Shown in pieces: positions 1 to 7,671 of a stretch of DNA of 32,000 nucleotides (positions within the stretch are counted from its first letter, which is position 1; each line of letters opens with the position of its first letter). The notes under the pieces were generated by a model, which saw nothing but the letters and a program-made list of their open reading frames with translations, ran no database searches and was not told where the DNA came from. This DNA is from an uncultured Flavobacteriaceae bacterium (GTDB lineage Bacteria; Bacteroidota; Bacteroidia; AKYH767-A; OLB10), in the NCBI GenBank assembly GCA_964458125.1, contig CAYWHE010000003.1, positions 4,956 through 36,955 on the forward strand, in the 5' to 3' direction. A program made the translations under genes and the position numbers.

Positions 1-251
1 CTGGTGTCGAAAAAATCAAACAGGGAATCCACTGTAAAATCGAGCAGGTGATTCTGATAAACCAGTTTGAGGGAACTGTCTGCATTTGCGCTTACCAGGC
101 TGTCCCCTATAATATCTTCAATGGTCAGGGATCCTTTAAGCAAGGGCGCCAGGATTTCGGTTTCCCAGTTTGGCCTGATATCTTCTCTCCTGCAGGAACC
201 CGATAACAGAATTACAGTTGTAAAAAGGGGCAGAAAATATCTTTTCTTCAT
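1..251 (-). CDS. hypothetical lipoprotein, N-terminal part only (gene runs off left edge of window)
   Basis: Not in the ORF track because there is no stop in the window. Reverse-complement reading from ATG at 251-249 gives MKKRYFLPLFTTVILLSGSCRREDIRPNWETEILAPLLKGSLTIEDIIGDSLVSANADSSLKLVYQNHLLDFTVDSLFDFFDT, open for all 83 codons to the window edge. It has a signal peptide with a lipobox-like LSGS/C. No family recognised. Confidence 0.45.
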   Translation of the reverse strand, partial: MKKRYFLPLFTTVILLSGSCRREDIRPNWETEILAPLLKGSLTIEDIIGDSLVSANADSSLKLVYQNHLLDFTVDSLFDFFDT

Positions 252-350
252 CAGGATAAAATTGTTTTTTTACAAACCTACAGAAATAAATGCAATTGGC
301 AAAAGCCCGGCGGATCGGCCAATTGAATCATGCATAATCCTGCCAGGAGA

Positions 351-2603
351 TCAATTTAACAGGATACTGCAAACCCGGCGACCATTCACACGGACCAGAT
401 AAATTCCAGGCTGAATACCTTCCAGATTGATGTCGTACTGAAATGAATGTCCGGCATTTTCCTGATAAATCGCCTGCCCCATCGTATTGAAAATGTCTAC
501 CTGACTCATTGCCTTATTGGATTTCAGGCGGAAAAATCCGCTGTTCGGATTCGGGTAAATGCTTAACTGGAAATCTTTATCATTCGATTCCGCTATTGAA
601 GTTGAACAGTTATTGGAAGCATTAAAGGTGGGTGTATAGGTGACCGCAAAGGCACCGGTTCCGTCGGGACAACGGGCCATGGCCACATCGGGCAGTTGAG
701 GTCCGAAGGCAACACTGTCGAGAACCGTTCCGCTTCCGGTTGACAGATAAAGAAATTCCCCGCCTCCGGCCAGTTTAAAATTGCAGTGCATTTCAATGGA
801 TGAACTGTCCTCGTCAGCCCATACCATGGCATACCCCTGACCGGAAATCATTGCATTTACCGGGAATGGCCATTTGATCAGGTTGCCAGGATCATCCGAC
901 AGGTATAAACCAAACAGGTTTACCGGGGTGCCTGTCGTATTATACAATTCAATCCAGTCTTCATTTTTCCCTTCAAGGTCTGTTACGCCACTTTGGTTGA
1001 TGGCCATAAATTCATTCAGCCTGATCACTCCTGCAGCAGGGGTTTGTATGTTTACCGCAATGGTATAGAATTCATGTTCAGCTCGTTCCGGAGAAAAAAT
1101 ACCCGCATTGGCATTTTCAGCATACAGGTAATATTCTATCCGGGCTGAGGAAGCCGGAATTCCGGCTCCATAAATATTGTCACCTGCATTGCCGTCCAGG
1201 TGGTTTCCGTCATCAAACATCTGAATCCGGTTGAAAATGGCCGGTGTAAAATAGCGGTAGCCGAGTTTGACGTCTGTCGAATTGCTGACCGTAGCGCTTA
1301 TCCAAATGGTATCGTTGATGGAAGGCGATAAGGGTATGGAAGTAATGGAAGAGATTACCGGAGGTAGCTGCTGAAATTCCGTTGTAGCGTTCAAATAGGT
1401 GGTTCTTGCACCCATCAGGTTATATATTCCGGGGATCTGGAAAGGACCACCACCGATATTGGTGGTCAGGCTCAGCAGAAACTGCGGATAAGTATATAAT
1501 CCGTTTGGATCAGCCTGTACGCTGCTGTCGATGAGGGCCTGAAGGCTGGTGGCTTCAGCCTGGTAGGCGTTATTGGTAAAAAACTCACTGGTAATGGTTC
1601 GCATATGAGCAATGTACATTTTCCGGTAAGTGGTATTGGCAAGCAATTGCTTGATCAGGGGACGCGCCGGATTGGTGGAATGCAACAGGGGTGTCATGGT
1701 TTGCATACCGCTCAGGCTCAGTTGAGGGCCGGCGCCGGTATTGGGAAAACCCCCGAAATTCATATTCAGGTCCCAGATCACCGGATCAAAACGTCGGTTG
1801 TCATCCATATACAGGTAGTAATTCTGAGCAAAAGAGCCCGAATAGCTGTCTAGATTGACCGTCACATTGTTGTATGCCAGCATCCACAAGGCCCTGTCAA
1901 TATCGAGAATGGTGTGAATGGCTGCAGGATTGTTTTCAAGCGTGTCGCATAAATCCAGCAGGTCCTTCCAGGAATATTCCGACTTCAGTTCGTAACGGTT
2001 ATAATACAGGGTACTGTCAGCGGTAAGGTAGTCAAGGTTCGGAAGGTAATTGCCGACTGAAAACGGATTACATTTTACCAGTGTATTTCCGGAAGAATAA
2101 AAATGTTTGCCGACGAAGTTCTTGTTGATACTTTCGGTGTTGGCATAAAAACCAAAATAACTGCCGTTAACCGACACCCGGGCAAAATTTGATTCAGGTG
2201 CATCCATGTAATTACGGAGAATTTTAAACGACATCACTTCACGGATGGAAGAAGGATCGGACCATCCGTTGCTTAACTTGATATCGGTGAATCCCTGGTA
2301 TGCCTGGCCTGCCAGCACATAATCCAGTTGCAGGTGAAGGGGATTCTTAACCCTGTTAATGCTGTATGAACTGTTGCCCTTGTATTTGACACCAACGGAG
2401 TCAAAGCTGATCCCATTGATGGTGACCTGTGATGCCAGGATATACCCTTCCGACCCGTTTTTCGCTGTATCCATCTGGTAATCCCAATTGGCCTGGTTAA
2501 AGGTGATGGCAATTTCCTGGATGGTGCTGATATCATAAAAAGCCCCCTGTGACCAGGAAACACCGGGTAGCAAGAAAAGCGGAATAAAATTCATGACGCG
2601 CAT
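351..2603 (-). CDS. secreted CotH kinase-family protein with lamin-tail domain and T9SS C-terminal sorting domain
   Basis: Long ORF (track 351..2666). The likely start is ATG 2603 (MRVMNFIPLFLLPGVSWSQ signal peptide); the 2666 start adds 21 non-signal residues. CotH-type motifs are REVMSFKILRNYM and NYYLYMDDNRRFDPVIWDLNMNFGGF. The lamin-tail-domain motif is IRLNEFMAINQSG..EDWIELYNTTGTPVNLFGLYLSDD (nt ~612-1031). The C-terminus LSIYPNPNSGFFRL...GIYLVRVNG is a T9SS CTD (nt ~354-572). Confidence 0.8.
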   Translation of the reverse strand: MRVMNFIPLFLLPGVSWSQGAFYDISTIQEIAITFNQANWDYQMDTAKNGSEGYILASQVTINGISFDSVGVKYKGNSSYSINRVKNPLHLQLDYVLAGQAYQGFTDIKLSNGWSDPSSIREVMSFKILRNYMDAPESNFARVSVNGSYFGFYANTESINKNFVGKHFYSSGNTLVKCNPFSVGNYLPNLDYLTADSTLYYNRYELKSEYSWKDLLDLCDTLENNPAAIHTILDIDRALWMLAYNNVTVNLDSYSGSFAQNYYLYMDDNRRFDPVIWDLNMNFGGFPNTGAGPQLSLSGMQTMTPLLHSTNPARPLIKQLLANTTYRKMYIAHMRTITSEFFTNNAYQAEATSLQALIDSSVQADPNGLYTYPQFLLSLTTNIGGGPFQIPGIYNLMGARTTYLNATTEFQQLPPVISSITSIPLSPSINDTIWISATVSNSTDVKLGYRYFTPAIFNRIQMFDDGNHLDGNAGDNIYGAGIPASSARIEYYLYAENANAGIFSPERAEHEFYTIAVNIQTPAAGVIRLNEFMAINQSGVTDLEGKNEDWIELYNTTGTPVNLFGLYLSDDPGNLIKWPFPVNAMISGQGYAMVWADEDSSSIEMHCNFKLAGGGEFLYLSTGSGTVLDSVAFGPQLPDVAMARCPDGTGAFAVTYTPTFNASNNCSTSIAESNDKDFQLSIYPNPNSGFFRLKSNKAMSQVDIFNTMGQAIYQENAGHSFQYDINLEGIQPGIYLVRVNGRRVCSILLN

Positions 2604-2780
2604 GAGCAAAACATAATATCCGGAAATAAAAGATTTATACGGCCATTCTTCGCAAACTGATTTCATACTGATAAGGTTTAAATGAAAAGCCGCCTGAAGG
2701 ATTGATTATCTTCCTTCCTGGGGCATAATTAACCAATTAAATAATCAATGGATTGTAAGTATCAAAGGGTGAATTTCTGA

Positions 2781-4601
2781 TCAACGTAAAATAACCAGTC
2801 TCCGGGTTTCTGAACGATCACGAGAGGAACACCGCAAGAGGTAACTTCCGGGAAGAAGTTGTCCATGTTCCAGGCGAATCACCTGACTGCCGGCTTCCTG
2901 CCAGCCTTCCTGCAGGTTGACTAATTTTTTACCATATACGTCAAACAACTCAAGCAGTACCGGGGTACGGTTACCCAGCCTGTAGGAAATAGTTACCTGA
3001 CCTGTGGAGGGATTTGGAAATACCTCCAAGCCTGCAATGACCGATTGAAGCTGGTTCACATTCACGTTGCTCTGAACCTGCACAATTTGCGCGGAGGTGG
3101 CTTTACAGGTGCCGTTATCAATGGTTAATACCACCAGGTAAGATCCCGGTGCGGTAAACGTATGACTGACAACCTGCCCGGAGGAATCAACGGTTCCGTC
3201 ACCAAAATCCCAGTAATAGGTATTGTTTCCGGTAGCATAGTTGAAGAAACCATAGTTCATGCCGGAGTTGGAATAAATAAAACTGGTTACAGGTGCAGTA
3301 CCGGGTTGCTGGGTTAAGGTAACCGGAACCGAGACCCAGTTATTCTGATCATTCATTTCAAGAAAATGATTGTCGGGATCCGTGATGGAAACGATGTAAT
3401 AATTGTCGTTACAGATTCCCGGTATATAGATCCTTTGACCGTCAAGGCCGGCGCTGTATACGTCATAGCTTCCCACGAAAATACCCTGCTCGGTCCCGCA
3501 ACCGCTGATGGCTCCCAGTCCGTAGTTAGGCAGGTTGGACTGCGTGTAAACGGTACCGCCCGTATCCACACATATGCCGACCCCGCTGTTGCAGTTTCCG
3601 AGGTTGACCAGGCAGTAGCTGGTTTTGGTGCCGGTTCCGACTACAGGCCAGTTCCTGGGATCCGGATCTGATGTGGAAACACGCAGCGTATAGCTGGCCC
3701 AATCATCCACGTGAATATGACCGTGTGAAGGATGATAAGACATCGTTCCGGATTGAACATCATAAAAGGTCATCAAGCCACTGGAATTCTTATGATAAAT
3801 TCGCTGTGAAATCAGTTCCTTTGGCTGGGAACTGTCGGGGCACATGGAGATGGTGCAGGGAACCATCAGGGTATCGCAAAAGCATTGCCCGTTGCCTCTG
3901 ATTTCAAGCGGGCCGTAACCGATGTTGGGAGTTGCATTGCTCAGGTCAATATGGCCGTTATATTCATAATATCCGTTTTGAATTTCCAGGGCCGAAGCGG
4001 TCATATCAGGCAGCAGGTCACAATCGGTTACTCCCGGTGTGGGGCAGGCACAACCGCTGGCATCGGTGGTACTGCAAATTCCCGGGGGTATAACGGGATC
4101 AGGCGGGGGATTTGTTCCAAACATAATCATGAAAGAGTTGACCGAACCTGAATCATTCGGAACTTCATCTTTCACGCAAAGAAACCAGGTCCCGTTCGGA
4201 TTGATGCCGGTATTAAAGAGATTCAGGCTTTGTTCCGGAACATAGGTTCCGATAAACGGAGCGGTCCCATTGACAATGCTGCCCATCAAACCATCCATTT
4301 TAAAACAGGTTCCGGAATAATTATCATTCCCTCCCCCATTGGTCGAGGACAAGTCAACCAGCAGGTTATTGGGCCCCTTCAGGTATATCCTTAAATCGGA
4401 ATCATAGGTATGGGTAATGTCTATACAACAGGAAATCAAACCGAAAGTGGTATCAATCTGGTTGGGTAATCCTGATACAACTACCGGGAAACAAACCAGC
4501 GTATTGTTGTCCGGAATGGTTCCGCCAATGGAATCGGTGAAGGTCTGTGCCTGGATATAGGGTGCCAGGAAAATCATAAAAGCCAGAAGTGTCTTATTCA
4601 T
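2781..4601 (-). CDS. secreted multidomain protein: proprotein-convertase P-domain-like + lysyl-oxidase-like + PKD + T9SS sorting domain
   Basis: 606-aa ORF with signal peptide MNKTLLAFMIFLAPYIQAQ. Residues ~20-165 are P-domain-like (ITHTYDSDLRIYLKGPNN..GTWFLCVKD). Residues ~175-428 are lysyl-oxidase-like (DLLPD, YHPSHGHIH, GTKTSYCL, GSYDVYSAGLDGQRIYI). Residues ~455-510 are PKD (YYWDFGDGT..HTFTAPGSYLVVLTI). Residues ~523-606 are a T9SS CTD (LEVFPNPSTGQVTISY..GSYLLR). Confidence 0.8.
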   Translation of the reverse strand: MNKTLLAFMIFLAPYIQAQTFTDSIGGTIPDNNTLVCFPVVVSGLPNQIDTTFGLISCCIDITHTYDSDLRIYLKGPNNLLVDLSSTNGGGNDNYSGTCFKMDGLMGSIVNGTAPFIGTYVPEQSLNLFNTGINPNGTWFLCVKDEVPNDSGSVNSFMIMFGTNPPPDPVIPPGICSTTDASGCACPTPGVTDCDLLPDMTASALEIQNGYYEYNGHIDLSNATPNIGYGPLEIRGNGQCFCDTLMVPCTISMCPDSSQPKELISQRIYHKNSSGLMTFYDVQSGTMSYHPSHGHIHVDDWASYTLRVSTSDPDPRNWPVVGTGTKTSYCLVNLGNCNSGVGICVDTGGTVYTQSNLPNYGLGAISGCGTEQGIFVGSYDVYSAGLDGQRIYIPGICNDNYYIVSITDPDNHFLEMNDQNNWVSVPVTLTQQPGTAPVTSFIYSNSGMNYGFFNYATGNNTYYWDFGDGTVDSSGQVVSHTFTAPGSYLVVLTIDNGTCKATSAQIVQVQSNVNVNQLQSVIAGLEVFPNPSTGQVTISYRLGNRTPVLLELFDVYGKKLVNLQEGWQEAGSQVIRLEHGQLLPGSYLLRCSSRDRSETRRLVILR

Positions 4602-4828
4602 TTGTTTCGTTTTATAATTGATAGGTCAGTTTACTCCGGTTGAACCGGCTTTTATCTTCATGTAAAGGTAGTAAACCGGATCAGTCTGGCAAATTTTCAC
4701 CAAATCAGACTTTTTTTTTATTCAACAGGGCAAAGTTGATAATTTTTAATTAATTTAGGGTTTCTATTCTGGTATCCGGTTAATATTGTAATTCCTGTTG
4801 AGTGTCATTTTAACCGGGAAACAGCGCT

Positions 4829-5713
4829 ATGGAACAAAAGGAAATTAAAGCATTAATCAGTTTGCTGGATGATACCGACCAGGAGGTTTACAGGCATATC
4901 CACGAACAATTGATATCCATCGGGAAGGACGTAATTCCACTGCTGGAAGATGCATGGGGTCAATCCATGGATATGCTGATGCAGCAACGGATAGAAGAAA
5001 TAGTCAGCAGTATTCAATTTGATTCCCTGAAAAAGGAGCTGGCCAAATGGGTTGAAAGGAGATCCTTCCAACTGATGGAAGGAGTTATACTGATCGCCCG
5101 GTTTCAGTATCCTGACCTGGATGAAACAAAAATATCCCAGCAAATCAACCAGCTTCAACGGGAAGTCTGGCTTGAATTAAACGACAACCTGACTTCTTTT
5201 GAAAAGATACACGTCCTAAACCGTATTCTCTTCGAAATGCATGGATTTGGCGGCAACACGGCCAATTTCCATGCCCCCCAGAACTCCTTTATTAATATCG
5301 TCCTGGAAACCAAAAAGGGAAATCCGCTATTGCTGAGTATTCTATATATGCAGATTGCCCGCCAGCTGGATCTTCCCGTATATGGCGTCAATCTGCCTGA
5401 ACATTTTATCCTCGCCTACCTGAACCACCTTTACACCGGCAACCCGGAGGAAGCCAATGAAGAGGATGTGATGTTTTATGTAAACCCCTTCAGTAAGGGA
5501 TCCGTCTTTGATAAAAAAGAGATTGACAGTTTTCTCAAAAAACTGGGTATTAAGCCCCAACATTCTTTTTACATTCCATGTTCCAACCTGGATATCATCA
5601 AGCGATTGATCAGGAACCTGATTCATTCCTATGAAAAACTGGGTTATTCGGAAAAAATCAATCAGTTAACGGAATTGCTGCATGTGGTTACCGGTGAAAC
5701 AAAATTCTCCTGA
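4829..5713 (+). CDS. SirB1-like / transglutaminase-fold family protein
   Basis: 294-aa ORF with no signal peptide. The block GNPLLLSILYMQIARQLDLPVYGVNLPEHFILAY ... VNPFSKGSVF matches the pattern I recall from E. coli SirB1/YchA (GSAVSLGAVLLWVANRLDLPLLPVIFPTQLIL ... INPFNGESL). Confidence 0.55.
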   Translation: MEQKEIKALISLLDDTDQEVYRHIHEQLISIGKDVIPLLEDAWGQSMDMLMQQRIEEIVSSIQFDSLKKELAKWVERRSFQLMEGVILIARFQYPDLDETKISQQINQLQREVWLELNDNLTSFEKIHVLNRILFEMHGFGGNTANFHAPQNSFINIVLETKKGNPLLLSILYMQIARQLDLPVYGVNLPEHFILAYLNHLYTGNPEEANEEDVMFYVNPFSKGSVFDKKEIDSFLKKLGIKPQHSFYIPCSNLDIIKRLIRNLIHSYEKLGYSEKINQLTELLHVVTGETKFS

Positions 5714-6284
5714 CCGTATCCAACAGTATTTTCATATCCGTTTGAAGGCCTGATTCCTCCAGGTATTTTAAATTCAGTTTAAGTTTGGCTTGCATGATGG
5801 TCTGGATGTATTCCTTTTCGGGATCCGAAGCTTTTCCCAGCAGTTCATTTTCATCTGCATATAAGACCGAAGCGTAATCGGTAATGCCTGGTTTTATGCA
5901 TAAAACACGTTGCTGCTCGGGTGTATACAAATCCACATATTTTCTCACTTCCGGCCTCGGACCGACCAGGCTCATGTCACCGGCCAGCACGTTAAAAAGC
6001 TGGGGTAACTCATCCAGCTTGTATTTTCTCAGCCAGACTCCTGCACGTGTAATCCGGCTGTCCTGACCGCCCACTGTCAGCAGTCCTTTCCGGTCCGCAC
6101 CAGGTTTCATGGTACGGAATTTATAAATGTAAAAATCACGGTTAAATCGTCCCACCCGTTTCTGGAGATAGATGACCCTTCCCCTGCTGTCTGCCAGAAT
6201 TATAAAACTGATGACAATCAATAAAGGTGAAAAAAGAATAATCAGGATGATGGAAATAACAATATCCATCGCTCTTTTCAGCAT
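5688..6284 (-). CDS. small monotopic sugar-phosphate transferase (bacterial sugar transferase family; PglC/WcfS-like initiating enzyme)
   Basis: 198 aa. One N-terminal hydrophobic helix (DIVISIILIILFSPLLIVISFIIL) is followed by YKFRTM, DELPQLFNVLAGDMSLVGPRP and PGITDYA, the hallmark motifs of Pfam Bac_transf. The start lies 4 nt after the upstream aminotransferase stop. Confidence 0.85.
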   Translation of the reverse strand: MLKRAMDIVISIILIILFSPLLIVISFIILADSRGRVIYLQKRVGRFNRDFYIYKFRTMKPGADRKGLLTVGGQDSRITRAGVWLRKYKLDELPQLFNVLAGDMSLVGPRPEVRKYVDLYTPEQQRVLCIKPGITDYASVLYADENELLGKASDPEKEYIQTIMQAKLKLNLKYLEESGLQTDMKILLDTVRRILFHR

Positions 6285-6288
6285 GATT

Positions 6289-7524
6289 TCAATCCGATAA
6301 TGTTACTGGTTTCTGATTCAGCACTTCTTCTGTACAGGCAATCACCGTGGTCAGCACCTGCCGGACCTGCTGGTCGCTGAGATCATAAAAAACCGGCAGG
6401 GAAATCTCACGCTGATACAAATCGAGGCTGACCGGAAAATCCCGCATGCCGTACCCCTGTTGCCGGTAAAATGAAAACATGGGTACGGGAATGAAGTGTA
6501 CATTCACGGATACATCCCTGTTAAAAATTCTCCGGATAATTTCATCCCGTTCGTCTTCAGAAATACCTTTGACCCGCAATGGATACAAGTGAAAACTGGA
6601 AACCTTTTCCGCACTCACATAAGGCGGAATCTCCGCCCAGGAACAATGCCGGAGTCCTTCGGAATACAAATCCACTATTTTCCTTCTTCTGACGAGCATA
6701 TCAGCATCATACCGTTCCAGCTCAACAAGTCCGATAGAGGCCATAATATCCGTCATATTGCATTTATAGCCGGCCTCCAGGATATCATACTTCCAGTTTC
6801 CTTTCCGGGATTTGGCAAGGGCATCCTTGTTTTGTCCATGCAGGGCATACATGCAAAGGTATTCGTATAATTCGCGGTTGTCGAATGGTTCGGGTAAATT
6901 CAACGCTACCGCACCTCCCTCCGCCGTCGTCAGGTTTTTGACTGCATGAAATGAAAAAACCGTTACATCCGTCAAAGCACCGGTTCTTTTTTGCTTATAC
7001 CAGGCTCCGATGGAATGAGCGGCATCGGAAAGAACCATTATACGACCCAGTTTAGCCTGGTTGGGATGCCGGGGATTAAACATGCTCACGACGGCAGGTT
7101 CCCGGACAAGGCGGTTAATTTCATCGTAATCGCAGGGAAATCCGGCAAAATCAACCGGTATGATCACTTTTGTTTTTGGTGTAAGCACCTTCCGTATGGC
7201 ATCCACATCGATCAGGAAATCCTGCCGGATATCGGTAAATACAGGCCTGGCCCCGCAATGCACCACCACATTGGCTGTGGCGGCATAGGTGTACGCCGGT
7301 AAAATGACTTCATCGCCTTCAGTTACACCATACCAGCGCAGCATGATTTCAAGACCGGCTGTTGCTGAATTCAGACATAAGGTTTCCTTGTTTCCATTAT
7401 AAGCGGTCAGGTTCCGCTCAAACAATTTAGTCTTTGGACCGGTGGTAATCCAGCCTGAACGAAGTGTATCCGTCACTTCATCAATAATTCGCTGATCTAT
7501 TCTGGGAGGTGAAAACGGTATCAT
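6289..7524 (-). CDS. DegT/DnrJ/EryC1/StrS-family PLP-dependent sugar aminotransferase (PglE/WcfR-like)
   Basis: 411 aa. The N-terminus IPFSPPRIDQRIIDEVTDTLRSGWITTGPKTKLFE, then DAAHSIGA and FSFHAVKNLTTAEGGAV (PLP-lysine motif), are typical of this family. Confidence 0.85.
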   Translation of the reverse strand: MIPFSPPRIDQRIIDEVTDTLRSGWITTGPKTKLFERNLTAYNGNKETLCLNSATAGLEIMLRWYGVTEGDEVILPAYTYAATANVVVHCGARPVFTDIRQDFLIDVDAIRKVLTPKTKVIIPVDFAGFPCDYDEINRLVREPAVVSMFNPRHPNQAKLGRIMVLSDAAHSIGAWYKQKRTGALTDVTVFSFHAVKNLTTAEGGAVALNLPEPFDNRELYEYLCMYALHGQNKDALAKSRKGNWKYDILEAGYKCNMTDIMASIGLVELERYDADMLVRRRKIVDLYSEGLRHCSWAEIPPYVSAEKVSSFHLYPLRVKGISEDERDEIIRRIFNRDVSVNVHFIPVPMFSFYRQQGYGMRDFPVSLDLYQREISLPVFYDLSDQQVRQVLTTVIACTEEVLNQKPVTLSD

Positions 7525-7603
7525 CTGCTTTTAAATACGATGGCAAGTTAGCAATAAGTTTTTTTCTGTCGCCTATGGTGCATTTAGCTTTCACGGAAAA
7601 TAA

Positions 7604-7634
7604 TTTGCAGCAACCGGCAATTCTGTTAAATTTG
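7604..7634 (+). promoter_or_regulatory. Bacteroidota-type promoter candidate (TTTG-N19-TAAATTTG)
   Basis: TTTG at 7604-7607, a 19-nt spacer, then TAAATTTG at 7627-7634 (TAnnTTTG -7 consensus), ~38 nt upstream of ATG 7672. Confidence 0.35.
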
Positions 7635-7671
7635 TATTCGCGGTTCAAACTCTCTACATCTAAACCCAGCT

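Noticed and set aside
67-402. 111-aa plus-strand ORF at the left edge.
   Set aside because: It overlaps a better-supported minus-strand lipoprotein start (1-251) and the 3' end of the CotH gene. It has low-complexity composition and no recognisable motifs.
4636-4648. Palindrome ccggttgaaccgg in the divergent region between the LOX-like gene and the SirB1-like gene, a possible operator.
   Set aside because: It is short, occurs once, and is built on the common ccgg tetramer. It is indistinguishable from chance without comparative data.
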